Below, in pieces: positions 34,855-47,828 of a DNA stretch of 64,000 nucleotides. Positions within the stretch are counted from its first letter, which is position 1, and every line of letters begins with the position of its first letter. Origin of the DNA: Heteronotia binoei (Eukaryota); assembly GCF_032191835.1 (NCBI RefSeq), contig NC_083228.1:71982001-72046000 (forward strand), in the 5' to 3' direction. Below the pieces are notes generated by a model, which was given only the letters and a program-made list of their open reading frames with translations, had not been told where the DNA came from and searched no databases. The position numbers and the translations under genes were made by a program.

Positions 34855-36589
34855 CTATGCATCCATCTGCTTAACCTTTCCCAATTCAATATTCACTGCA
34901 AATCCCTTCTCCACCTGCTTGTTTCTACATGGGATTCCCAAAAAGTGTTTAGCAAGGATAAACAAACAAAACCCTCTGAAATGTATTAGATGGAGGTTTC
35001 TGTATGCAGTTGTAGCTTTTTTGTTTGTTCACGGAGGCACATGCAAGTGAGGCACCATCTTTAAGCTCTCATGATATTTTCTACCTTAAAGAAGAAATCT
35101 TGGATATGTAATGCTTGTTCAGATTGCAGGAAATCATTATGACTTGGTTTGTATTTCAAGCTGGAAATGGTGACCTTCAGTGGCCCTTGTGAGTTTTGGG
35201 ATGGGATGCTGGACTAGATGCATCCCAGGGCTGATATATCAGGATTCTACTTGTGTACTTGTGAATTTTGAATCAAACCATAAACGCCATAACACTTTAT
35301 CCACTGTCTCAAACAAACAGGTCATGTTCAGAAATGGAGTGAGGACAATTATTCAAAGAGTGCAGTACCAAGTCATATGCACACACACATACAGGTGCAG
35401 CATGCAGAGACCCAACAATATGCACCTGCTTTGCAATTCAGCCATTCAGGAGTCAACAAAATGCCCTGTCCCAGACTGTCTCTCTTTTTATCACCACTCA
35501 TATCGGATCAAGCCAGCAGAAGATGATGCAGCCAGGAGGAATGATAAAAGGTCACATTTTTGCTGATGTGTCCCTTGACTGCTGCTGATGCAGCCTTCAG
35601 AACAGAGAGCCTGCAGCTACTTGAGCAACTGGTTCAGGATTATTAGCCAATTAATAACTCAAACGGACTCAAAATCCCATTAGGAGGAAAGAAGCACTCA
35701 TTGCTTTTTATTTCTTCTTTTTTACCTTGACAGCTCTTGGCCTCTCTGAGACTTTACTCCCCTGCAATTTCTTCTTACTATTGAATTAAGTGTTCTTGAA
35801 GGTTGAAGGACTGGTAGCACTAGAAACTGCATCTCTGTCTGACTGTAGGGCAGAGTTCTTTGCTTGATTGCACATTTACTAGGGTATTCTGCTACATATT
35901 TCATTCCTTACCTAAGGAAATTGAGGTCTTACAGATGGGAAAGGGGTGGGGAGAGTTAATTTACTGATATCTTCATTTATTTCATGTCCCCAGAGCAACA
36001 ATTCCCAAAATACTGAATTTTGGATCAGGAGGAATATGGCAGAAGAAATATTTGAGAATCAGAATTTAAGATTAACAATTATGAATGCCTACTTTCCTGA
36101 AAATTATTCTGTTCCTGCTTTGTCACAGGAAAAATTCTTCTATGCTGAGACTGCTGGATCAGGTGAAGTATGAAACTTTTGGCTCTACTTTTACAATCTA
36201 TACCCCTTCTTTCATTCATTAGAGTCCCCTGCTCCCCATGCCTACCCTCTCCAACCCCTCCTCAAAGAGATTCCTCAGTTGTCATTGCTTTTCCTTCTCT
36301 AGGGACAAAATATGCTTGTGGCAACAAGAAGGTACTGGACTTTCTGACTAACCCAAGGAAGGGCACATCTAGCATAAGCAGGGCAGCTTCTACTAGAAAT
36401 CATCCGATTTGTTTCTTGAACCCATATTCCACAAATGCTTGTATTAATTCTATATTCCAGCCAGCTACTTGTAGTTTATTAATTCCCCAGTCAGTGTATT
36501 GCATTGCTTCCCAGTTTGCTTACTTCTTCCTTGATTGTTCATGTTATTTTTATATGTTCAATAAAGATTAAAACTCAGAACAGCCTCCC

Positions 36590-36734
36590 TCTTTGTCTTC
36601 TACCTGTGGGAGGGCTTCTAGTGTCCTGGCGCCACTAGTGGATCTCCTGATGGCACCTGGTTTTATTGGCCACTGTGTGACAGAGTGTTGGACTGGATGG
36701 CCATTGGTCTGATCCAACATGGCTTCTCTTATGT
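36590..36734 (+). mobile_element. CR1 3'UTR fragment
   Basis: gccactgtgtgacagagtgttggactggatggccattggtctgatccaacatggcttctcttatg. Confidence 0.8.
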
Positions 36735-36766
36735 ACCTGTCTTTTCCAAGGTTTGTAGACATGTAA

Positions 36767-36767
<1 letters not shown>

Positions 36768-36856
<89 letters not shown>
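36768..36856. repeat. (TA)~44 microsatellite
   Basis: Directly visible. Confidence 0.95.
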
Positions 36857-36858
<2 letters not shown>

Positions 36859-37678
36859 AGGGTTGTGGTGAGTTTTGGAAAACTCAAAAACTTAGATGGT
36901 ATTTAGAAAACTTAGATGGTAGAAGATAACTAAAAAGTATTGTCCCACATTTATGTTGGATTTTTTACCAATGCAGCTACTTGTAGTCTTTCTAGGTTCA
37001 GAAATAACAAATATAGCTTTCAAATGGATTTTTCAGTTGTAGAAAGATGAACCTGAAGCAATGGAACTGAGCTTGTGGGTTTTTCTTGCCCAACATCCCA
37101 TTAGATAAAATGACCCAAATTAGTTTCAACTGTCTTGATTAATTTAATGAATCAACTAAATTAATGCATCAACTAAATTAATCACCAAATTTGTTAATAT
37201 AACTACTTGGGGAGTGTTTGTTCCATTCTCAGCTCTTTAATGACCCTGTGCATTAGATTTGGTGCTAGAGAGACAACTGATGAACTACTTACTAGCTTTT
37301 ATAGGTGGGACACTGTTATTTGCTTTATCCCAAAAAGCCAAAGTACAAAATGATAACCAGCGCTAACCAGAACCACCAAATCTAATCCACCGTGAACATC
37401 CTGCACCTGCTTGAATCTATGATGCATACAAAATAATTTATCATTGTAACCAAAAACATGCACCCCCCACACCTTTTCTGTTTATTGTCCAACATGCTGA
37501 AAAGTCATAGAGAACTCAAAAGCTTACCCATTCTTGTGTTATTTGATTGGTATATATAAAGATTTTACATGACTTTTATTTTGGGATTCTGCTACTTTTT
37601 TGTTTAGTTTGGTTGATAATGAGACTTAGCCAAGAAAGAAAGAGACACTTCAGCTGGGAAAAAAAGACAATCTGGGAA

Positions 37679-37915
37679 TCATAGAATAGAATCATAGAGT
37701 TGGAAGGGTTCTCCAGAGTCATCTAGTCTAACCCCCTGCACAATGCAGATAATTCACAAGTATCTCCCCCCAGTGACCCCTGCTCCATGCCCAGAAGGTT
37801 GCAAAAAACCCTCCAGGATCCCTGGCCAAACTGCCCAGGAGAAAATTGCTTCCTGACTCTAAAGTGGCAATCAAAAGTTCCCTGCGATTGTAAGAAAGGG
37901 CCATGAGAACCAAGC
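37679..37915 (-). mobile_element. CR1 3' end of a second family (tail (ATTCT/ATGATTCT)n)
   Basis: atagaatcatagagttggaaggg...catctagtctaaccccctgcacaatgcag; same family as 45395-46200. Confidence 0.8.
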
Positions 37916-39079
37916 ATGTAGGGATGTGTCCCTACATAATATTTCCACAATTTTGCTTACACTGACTCTTTATTTAGCACAGCAACTAAAATTAGGGTTG
38001 GATCTAGATTAAATTTTCTGTTAATGAAAGGGGAAGGATAATTTCCATTGATTTTTCCTTCCTGATGCAGACTTTTCATTCCTTTCATTCTTCATTCTTC
38101 ATCCTTTCATTCTTCAGTATTCACTATGTCTCAGGAGTAACATTTCATAAAGACCAGTGAAATTTCCACTATTCAGATCCAAAGCCTCTAATCTCCAGTA
38201 TTATTTACCTTTCTTTTTAATGGTTCCATGTGTGTTCTGTTTGGTTTCAAAGAGACACTTGATCATCTGTTGGTTACTTATGTTATCAACTGGAGAGCTT
38301 CCACTTTTTGCTTTTTGTTTCAAGAATGCCAAGGGGCAACCTGTACCTAACTACACCTAGTACATACTGAAGATAGTAAAGCTTTATATGAAGGATGCTG
38401 ATGAAGAGCCTTCAGATTATGACTTGAGGTATCTTTTATTCTCCTTTCCTCATTTCATTTGAAGTAGAGTTATTAAAAAAAAACTCAAAAATTTGCACAC
38501 TTTTATGTAATACACTGTGTCAGTTGGCATCCTTGGTGAACTAGGATTGCCCATTAACCAAACATTCCAGTTAATAATTGGAGTCCTACTGCCTGCTCCT
38601 CAAAGCCTGCAAGGAGACAGAAGAAGAGCAGGCATTAGGTCCTGGTAGGTAGGCTCTTAGTTGTGGCACCACCCATTTTTCAGCACTGGTTGGAATGAAC
38701 CCAAGCCATAAAAAGAAATCACATGTTTTAATTACCAAGCAGGTTTCTGATTATCTAATTAGGGGGTTTGAAATTCAGTCTGTGGTCAGATCATTGTCAG
38801 CTGACAGGTTGGATAACGATGGACTGAACATAATAGAGAGCGTATGAAGTGGCAATGATGGTAGCAAAGAAATCTTACTTCTCTGCTACCTCTGCATTGG
38901 CAGAATTGCATCCAGCATAATTGTTAAAATAACTAGACCACTGACAACACCCAGGAAGGAGTCTCCAAATGTTTAGTGACCTGGGAATTAATTGTGATAT
39001 TTTCACATGGTTCTTTGTGATATTTTCACATGGTTCTTTGTTCCAACTTAGACACCAAGTTAATAGGCATGCAGGAGGT

Positions 39080-40340
39080 AAAGGGATCCGTAGTATCATC
39101 TAGCTACAATTGCCTGGATCTGTTTAGGGTGGTTTTGACAAGGTTTTGAGAATTTTGAGGGTCACAATTTTGAGGTTTGTTAAATCCTCCAGAGCAGTAC
39201 TTTAATTCAGAGGATTGTGAATTACACTCTGATGGAAGGGGTTTTTCCAAATTCTGTTATTAGACCATTACTTAATGAAGCATCTTTAGTTAAGCAGCTC
39301 TTGGTCAATTACACACTTGTCTCAAACCTTCCATTCCTGGGAAACATTATTCAACAGGTAGTGGCATCTGTAGAAATACTTAGATAAGACATTTGCCTTT
39401 AATCCTTTTCAGTCTGCCTTCAAATCTAGATTTGAGACAGAATTGGTAGCACTTGTGGATGATCTTCAAATGGACAAAGGAAATACATGTCTTGTTATTA
39501 GATATGCCAGCAGCTTTTTATACAATGTACTATGATATACTGCCAAGGCACCTCTAAGCTGAAGTAGGTCTGGGAAGAGCAGTTTTGAAATTCCTATAGT
39601 TTTTTTTTAATCATACGGCTTACAAAAGATTGTGGTGTGAGATGCTAAATCATCCCCTTGGAGCTGACATGGGGGTGTCACAAGGCTCTCTATTCTCTCT
39701 GATGTTATTTAATATCTATGTAAGGCCACTTAATGACATCACCCATAGTTTTATAGTACGTTGTCATTAATATACTGATGACATCTGGCTTTATATCACT
39801 CTGAATAAGCCATTAGCTGCTGTTATCTGTGTCCTGGCCTAGTGTCTGAATGTGGTAGCCAAGTAGATGAGGGGAAATAAGTTAAAGTTGAATACAGATA
39901 AGCTGAAAGTAATACTAGCTGGAGGAGACAAAAACAGGATTCTTCATCCTACCATTGATGATGGTGTACAGGAACACTTGTTGGATCCCGGATTACTATT
40001 GGAAAAAGAGGAGTCCAAGAGAGTAGATAATGCTCCCCCCCCCACACACACACAAGACATATTTGGTTAAGAAGCTGGCTCCCTATTTTCTGATGGCTGA
40101 TCTGGCCACATTAATCCTTGCTTTAGTAACCTTGGGACTATATTTTTGTAACATAGTATACATGGGCCTGCCCTTGAAGATGATCTAGAAACTGCACCTG
40201 GTGCAAAATGTGGCAGCTAGTCTGGTACTGGGACTATATTCTCTCCTGCTATATTACTCTTCCCTTCACTGGCTGTCAATTAGTTTCTAGGACCAATTTA
40301 AATTGGAGCTTACTTTTAAAGTCTTAAAGCTTAAAGCCTG
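39080..40340 (+). mobile_element. Old L2 LINE RT fragment
   Basis: Degraded VSNLPFLGNIIQQVVA, QSAFKSRFETELVALVDDL, GVSQGSLFSLMLFNIYVRPL, YTDDIWLY, MRGNKLKLNTDK, KLHLVQNVAA. Confidence 0.75.
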
Positions 40341-41209
40341 GAACCCACATACTAGAAAGACAGCTTCTCCCTCTATGTTCCCAGGTGGCAGCTCTATTCT
40401 TCCCAGAAAAGTCTCTTTTCAGTGTCACCATTGTCTAATGTTCGTCATCATCCAGGTTTGGACTTTTTCAGTAGCTACCCCATGTATCTAGAACAGTCTC
40501 CTGGAAGATGTGTGTGGTTTGGAGGCCCCCCCCCCACTTTAGGGTCATCAGAAAGCAGGGGGAAGGGGAAAATGACTGCTGCACACTCCATTATTCCCTA
40601 TGGAGACCAAATCCCATAGGGTATAATGGAGAATTTATCTGCAGGTATCTGGGGCTCGGGGGGGGGCTGTTTTTTGAGGTAGAGGCACCATATTTTTAGC
40701 ATAGCATTCAGTGCCTCTCTTCAAAATGAAGCAGGGTTATAAATAAAAAGATATTAAATAAAGGAAATTAAAGCAGATTAAAAAAAAGTAGGCTACAGGA
40801 CAAGGAATCAAAGGTCACTCAAAGGGATGGTTTCAAATGGGCTTGCTTAGAATGTGTAATCTTGCTACAGGATGTGGTTTTCCCCTGGGTAGTTGTGGAG
40901 ACAGAATTCAGCAGAAAAGATGAGACATTATCCCACTGAAAAGAGGAACTGGCCTTCCACAGAAAAGGGGAACTTATATTATAACACGCTTGCAGCTTAC
41001 TGTAACAGAGAGCAGCTTACTGTAACAGAAATATGAAATACACGCAACCTTGGAAACTTCCTCCTGGGGAGGCCAGGAGAAAGCCAAAGATACTGCAAAT
41101 AGCTTATGTACCTTATATGGAAATTGCTAGGATGGCGACGCCTTGTTTCTGTGATCAAATGATGCTTGTGATGATGAATATGATGCTTATGATGATGTAT
41201 AAATGATTA

Positions 41210-41416
41210 GGGGAGGGACGGTGGCTCAGTGGTAGAACATCTGCTTGGTAAGCAGAAGGTCCCATGTTCAATCCCTGGCATCTCCAAAAAAGGGTCCAGG
41301 CAAATAGGTGTGAAAAACCTCAGCTTGAGACCCTGGAGAGCCGCTGCCAGTCTGAGTAGACAATACTGACTTTTATGGACCAAGGGTCTGATTCAGTATA
41401 AGGCAGCTTCATATGT
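41210..41416 (+). mobile_element. tRNA-derived SINE with CR1-like 3' tail
   Basis: Box A tggctcagtgg, box B gttcaatcc, intact anticodon stem tctgc/gcaga, broken acceptor stem, then gagaccctggagagccgctgccagtctgagtagacaatactgac...gtctgattcagtataaggcagcttcatatgt. Confidence 0.8.
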
Positions 41417-41802
41417 CCATTTCCAATAATCAATATTTGTATGCTATAAATCTTGTGTTGTTCTCCAAATCAGGGTCAGACACTTGAGGCATGAGCCTGA
41501 TCTGATCTTGTGCACGATAATCAATAAATCTGTTTTTCCTATCTATAAATACATTTATTTTCAGCAGGTATTACATTTATTCAGCTCTTTGTTCAAACTA
41601 GAAATTTATCTGTATTATATAACATGTAGCTGAGTCCTTAAGAGTTTGATTTCACTAACAGACAAACTATATGATTGTTTTAAGGTACTCTTTACCTTTT
41701 TATATTTCTATTGAGGTGTGTCTTCCACTCATAGAAATATAGAACAACAGAAACACACAAAATTATGCAATAAATGGACTACTAAGCATTGCCAGATAAG
41801 AA

Positions 41803-42025
41803 GTAGATTTTAGTCCAGTAGCACCCTAGAGACCAACAAGATTTTCACAGTTATAAGCTTTTAAGAGTCAAAGCTCCCTTTGTCAGATACAAAGAGATAT
41901 ACAGATTACTGACAAAGGAAGCTGAGTCTCAAAACCTTATACCCCAAAAATCTTATCGGTCTCCAGGGTGCTACTGGACTCAAATCTAGCTCTCTACTGC
42001 AGACCAACATGGCTAACCTCTGAAA
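41803..42025. mobile_element. Penelope-like element pLTR relic: two inverted minimal hammerhead-ribozyme-derived arms
   Basis: Minus arm: gtat-CTGACAA-agggagctttgactct-TAAAAGCTTA-taac. Plus arm: CTGACAA-aggaagctgagtct-CAAAACCTTA-tac. Both continue aaaatctt.t.ggtctc.agggtgctactggact.aaatcta. Arms ~85 bp, spacer ~22 bp. A related pLTR end lies at ~17895-17965. Confidence 0.7.
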
Positions 42026-42956
42026 TGAGTTCTGGGGGGAAATCCCACATACAATCTTTGTACATACATAGAATTTAGAATTGTATTAAACATCATGTTC
42101 ACTTTATACATGTCCTTATAGAGTAATAAGCATAAAGATGTAACACAGGAATTGGTATTTACTTCCACAGTAATTCCAAATCCCTGCCCTTTCAGACATT
42201 CTATGTTCACACAGCAGCCATGCAGAAGGAGTGGGATTTTGGCACAAATCAAAGTCCCTGGTCTAAACAAGTCTGTTGCAATGCATCTATGTTGCCTATG
42301 AAAATACAGATACATATGCATTTTTCCATGTGATCAAAACCCTGCAGTCCAATTATCATAGACCAGCTGCCTGAATTGAAGCATTGTTAAGTGGAATTCT
42401 CTGAATTCCTCTGTACTCATTCCTCCCCCCCCCCCGAAATTCAGCTGTCCATTTTATTTCCTCTTTTTAAAAATATGGAGTCTCTTTTGAATAAATTCCA
42501 CATCAGTCAAAAGAAAAATCTGAAGAGAGGAGGAGCGGGAAGGGAAGTTACATAAGTGTGCAGAGAGTTTTAACAGAAAAATACAAAGAGAAAATATTCT
42601 TTTGAAAGATCAAAACAGAATAATACAAATTGATGGTTGTATCTAAATAAGTGATATTTGTGAAAAGAAATTTCATTCCCCACAATAACACTGCTGTGTT
42701 GAGTTGTTTGTTCTCACACTTCATTTAGTTATTTTGTTCAACTATGGTGGTGTGTATGAGTTATAGATATCCATCAACTAAAATACTCATTATGAAACAG
42801 TACAATTGACTTTACATTAGGGTTGATCGAATTCCTAAAGATCCATCACATTAACAATTCATTCCTTCTCTACTACAGAGAATTCATTCTGGAGAGACTT
42901 TGTCAGAATTATCAAGCTTCTAACAGAAGCCCTGGAGCAGAGAAGGAAAAGGTCAA

Positions 42957-43153
42957 NNNNNNNNNNNNNNNNNNNNNNNNNNNNNNNNNNNNNNNNNNNN
43001 NNNNNNNNNNNNNNNNNNNNNNNNNNNNNNNNNNNNNNNNNNNNNNNNNNNNNNNNNNNNNNNNNNNNNNNNNNNNNNNNNNNNNNNNNNNNNNNNNNNN
43101 NNNNNNNNNNNNNNNNNNNNNNNNNNNNNNNNNNNNNNNNNNNNNNNNNNNNN
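42957..43153. other. Assembly gap (197 N)
   Basis: Run of n. Confidence 0.99.
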
Positions 43154-43324
43154 CCAAGACTTCCACTTTGTATCCATATTCTCTGGGTTCTCATGAAAAC
43201 AAATACACAAAGCACTCATCCGTTATACTGAAACAGAAATCAATCGAGGTTTTCTGCAGCCAAGAAAGTTTAGATCAATTTCATTTTCAATACTATGGGA
43301 CATTACTCAGTGTGTTCGTTTTAA

Positions 43325-43411
<87 letters not shown>
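43325..43411. repeat. (AAT)~29 microsatellite
   Basis: Directly visible. Confidence 0.95.
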
Positions 43412-43412
<1 letters not shown>

Positions 43413-44458
43413 TGCCAAGTTCTTTGGATTGCTCATCAGAATTCTTATGTATCAAAAACTGATGCAATAAGCAGTCCAAAAAAAGAAGAAAATCCAGCTT
43501 AATAACATTTAATTACAACAAATTTTGAAGCCATCTCTACTTTACAGGCATAAAATGACTAGCTCTTTGAAAACTAAGACTTCAGAACAGAAGTGTACAA
43601 TCAAAAATGGTTCAGAATTTTATAAATAAATAATTATCTGGAAAAGCCTATTTATTTGTTTGTTTTACACATGCATGCTTTGGAGAGCATTCATCCCTCT
43701 TAATGAAGATGCCCTTTTATTACAGCTTGAAGCTTTCTAGATTTTTTACTTAAACAGTGTTTTGTGGACTAGCTAGAAGCAGCCTTTCTTTTGTGGCAAC
43801 AATGCAGATAAGTTTAATGTATGTGCACCTTGTACCTCTGGGAGGTGGACAGTGCAAGATTCAGTGCTGTAATTTCATACACTTGAAGCAGCTGGTTATA
43901 ATATCTTATTTGTCCTTTTGGAGAGGAAATTACATGGAATCTGCAGTGGAACATAAATAAAATCACAATAGAATCCCTGTTGTCTTTCATAGTTTTTCAT
44001 GTTTCTGATTGCCACTTGTAAGCAGTCATGTTTTGCATTAATCCAATGTAACTTGACTCTGGAATTCTTGGTTAAATTATTTTGCCTTGACTATACTGGA
44101 AGGCTAATCTGCATTTCTGGACAGTATTTGTATATGTGGATCTGGCCAGCTTGAGCCCTTAGAACCAGGCCTTGGATTCAGTGGGAGCTCACAGGTGCAC
44201 AGCTCCTGAACTTTTCTGAGAGTTCCACCTCCTTGTCCATTGAATAGTATGTACAGCTGCATAACAATCCCTGGATGAGCTCCACCACCTATTTTTCTAC
44301 AAAATGCCCCCTACTTAGAACATATTTTATTGGAATGTCTCATCTGAGAGAAAGATATTTGTCTTCCTTCTTAATTGGTTGTCTGAATTTATATCTCAAA
44401 AAACTGTCCAGGTTTTTTTTGTAGACGAGGATCAGGAAACCACTTTAATAGTCACAGA

Positions 44459-44745
44459 GGCCGTTTTCGCACTCACGTTTTACTGGCGCCACGACCATCC
44501 TGACGCCGGCGAATCTGCATGGCTTTCGCACCAGAAGCTCCGGCGCTCCCAGAAGCGCCGGCTACTTCCGTCGCTAAGCCAGCGCAAACGGAAATCGCAA
44601 AGATGCAGGAAAACGTTTGCGCTGGCTTAGCGACGGAAAGCGCCGGCGCTTCTGGGAGCGCCGGCGCTTCTGTTGCGAAATCCATGCAGATTCGCCGGCG
44701 TCAGGAGGGTCGTGGCGCCAGTAAAACGTGAGTGCGAAAACACCC
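44459..44745. mobile_element. 287-bp hairpin MITE, copy 2 (same family as 16251-16537)
   Basis: 132-bp arms (9 mismatches), 23-bp spacer gaaatcgcaaagatgcaggaaaa homologous to the copy-1 spacer; right flank TAA. Confidence 0.85.
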
Positions 44746-45394
44746 TAAGTATTTAACAGTGGTGATTGCTTGTAAGAAAGAAGGTGGAATTTTTAAACTG
44801 TTCAAAACTTTTGAGTCCAAAGAATAGAAAGAAGATAAGCTAAAATTCTGGTATTGCACTGTAGATTGGTGGAAACATCAGTCTTTATGGGAGCCTGACC
44901 TCTGCTGTGTTGGATAAGTTATCTTGTTGGATAAGTTATCTTGTTGGACTAAGTTATCTTGTTGGATATTTAGAACTAGCAGAAGATGCTTCATTAAACA
45001 GAGTATTCGGTGCAGTTTAGCTTTCAGATGGTAATATGATGACATTGTGAGTTTATATTGGAGTTATCCTTTTGATAAGAGAATATAAATGTTTATAATG
45101 TACAGTAATGGAGTAAGTGAAAACAGCTATTGCTGGATATAATATTTTTGATAGTAAATATATTTTCATTTCAATCATTTGTTCAATAAGATTTGTTTTG
45201 CTTACTTGTGATTTTTTTTCTCTAGTGGGAGTATTATTCTATCATGACAGTGTTTTTATTAACTATCAAATTAGGTGCAGTAAATTTGGTGCCATTACTA
45301 ATGCAAAGATGACTGAAGCACTAATGAGTTTTGATTAGTTTTTTTAAAAAAAAATGATCAAAGCATCAACATTTCTGCATTTAAACCTGGCAGT

Positions 45395-46200
45395 AGCATG
45401 TGTGAAAAGGATCTAGGGGTCTTAGTATACCATACACTGAACATGATTCAACAGTGTGATATGGTAGCTAAAAAAGCAAATGCAACTTTGGGCTGCATCA
45501 ACAGAAGTATAGTGTCCAGATCATGTAAAGTGATGGTATGACTTTACTCTGTTCTGGTTAGACCTCACCTAGAGTATTGTGTTCAGTTTGGAGTACCACA
45601 ATTTAGGAAGGATATAGACAAGCTGGAACATGACCAGAGGAGGGCAATGGAAATGGCAAGGGGTTTGGAGACCAAGTCCCATAAAGAAAGGTTGAAAGAG
45701 CTAGGTTTAGCCTGAAGAAGAGACAATTGAGAAGTGATATAATCACCATCTTCAAGTACTTGAAGGGCTGTCATATACAGGATGGTGTGGAGTTGTTTTC
45801 TGTTGCCTCAGAAGGTTGGACCAGAACCAACCATTTAAAATCTAATCAGAAGAGTTTTGGGCTAAACGTTAGAAAGAACTTCCTGACAGTTCGAGCAGTT
45901 CCTCAGTGTGATAGCCTTCCTTGTGAGGTGGTGGGCTCTCTTTCTTTGGAAGGTTTTAAACAGAGGTTAGATGGCCATCTGGCAACAATGCTGATTCTGT
46001 GAATTAGGCAGATCATGAAAGGGCATCAGGAAGCAATTTTCTCCAGGCCAGTTTGGCCAGGGATCCTGGAGGATTTTTTTCCATCTTCTGGGCATGCAGC
46101 AGGGGTCACTGGAAGTGTTGGGGGAGGCAATTGTAAATTTCCTGCATTGTGCAGGGGGTTGGACTAGATGACCCAGGAGGTTCCTTCCAACTCTATGATC
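45395..46200 (+). mobile_element. CR1 3' fragment
   Basis: [59 protein letters not shown]; 3' end ccttccaactctatgatcta. Confidence 0.85.
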
Positions 46201-46749
46201 TATATTTAAATTTAGTTATGGTTACTTTTTAAAATGGCATAGAACTTATTATATTTTATCACATTGAACAATTTTGAATTCCTTTGGAATATACTGTAAG
46301 TGGCTGCAGGACTACCATGGGGAAAATAGCAATGGTTGAGGAGGCAGTGCAGTAAAATGGGGAATCAAGAAAATTAACTCTGCTGCCTGCTCTATCAGAA
46401 GAGCCTTGGAAGATTTGTCAACACAAGAGGGAGATTTCACTTGATTTCTGGTCCTCACTGCTGCTGCCTGTAACCTGCTGCATGGTTTTCTGTCCATGTA
46501 AGTCCCACAAATTCCAGCTTCAGTTTTTCAGGGCTGTTAGAGGAAGAGGCATATGGGGGAGAACCATGACAAAGTGCATTGACCTGATGTCTGGGTGGAT
46601 AAAACATATCTAACAGAAATCACAGTATGTTTGACTGTGTAGTATATTCATCTTATTGGTAGACAGCTGAATTATGTTTTTGTATCCTTGCAGGTCTTGC
46701 TGCTTTGTTAGCCACCTTGAGCCTGAGAAGATAAGGTAGGATATAAATA

Positions 46750-47330
46750 ATTTTTAAAAGTAAATAAAATGTAATTTATTTATTTTATTAATTTGATTTG
46801 TATCCCACCCTCCCCACAAGCAGATTCAGGGTGGGTTATATCATATCAAGTTATAACATGGTTTGTTAGAATTTGTTTTTTAAAAAAATAATTTAAAACA
46901 ACAATAAATGATAACAAGATGGCATTCTAAGAAAGATTATACAGTTTCAAATTTTACTGGATATGGCCTGGTCCATGGGTTTCCAAATTAAATGGCTCCC
47001 TGCCAACAAAAGTTGGACAAGCAGTTTGGCCGGAAGTTTAAGTAGGCAATTTGAGCAGCAGGAGCCGATAGTATTGGACATCCACTGCCTCAGCTGAAAG
47101 CCTGGTGGAACAGCTCTGTTTTGCAGGCCCTTTGGAATTGTAGAAGATCCTGAGAGCCTTGATCTCTGTTGGGAACTCATTCTACCAGGTTGAGGCCAGG
47201 GTTGAGACCACCCAGGCCCTAGTTGAGGCTAGACAGATGTCTTTTGGGCTGGGAACTGCCAGTAGATGTTGACTGGCTGAACATAGGCCCATTCAGGGTA
47301 AAATGAGGTAAAGTAGTTGAGTCAAGTAAA
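46750..47330 (-). mobile_element. Old L2 3' fragment
   Basis: ttattaatttgatttgtatcccaccctcccc tail and L2-type 3' body (ccaggttgaggccagggttgagaccacccaggccct...). Confidence 0.55.
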
Positions 47331-47828
47331 TTTACCCAGGAAGAGCCCTTATTAAGCCAAATATATATTTTAAAAGATCTAGCTCAAGTTATTTGGATGA
47401 TACTTTGCAGCATTTAGGAGGCTACATTCAGCGCCTGCTCTGCCACTAAGAAAGGAGACTGCCTAGGGCAGCAGCCTTCAGGGGAGTGCTGAATTGGACA
47501 CCCCCCACATTACTAATTAACATCACATACTGCTGGGCTTCAACCTAAGCTGTACAGCTCAGCACTGCGAAACATTGGTGAAAAGGATCCGAGGAACCTG
47601 ATCTGTTGGGTGGGTGGCTAGGCAGCCAGTCAGGGAGCACTGAAGGCAGGGCAGGGCACACTGTGACTGACTACATATGTACCTACTACCTACTACCCAG
47701 GTTTTTTGCTCCTTCTCACCTAATTCAGCTTCTTCCTATAAACACCAGCCCCTATATGTTTTTGTTCATGAACATCCCATGACTGCCAGCATAGCCTTTT
47801 TCAAGGTCAGAAGGAGCTCTTATAGTTC

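Noticed and set aside
41214-41286. tRNA-Thr(GGT)-like cloverleaf
   Set aside because: The acceptor stem is broken, the T-stem is mismatched, a GGT anticodon is atypical for eukaryotic tRNA-Thr, and it runs directly into a SINE body and CR1-like tail. It is a SINE head, not a tRNA gene.
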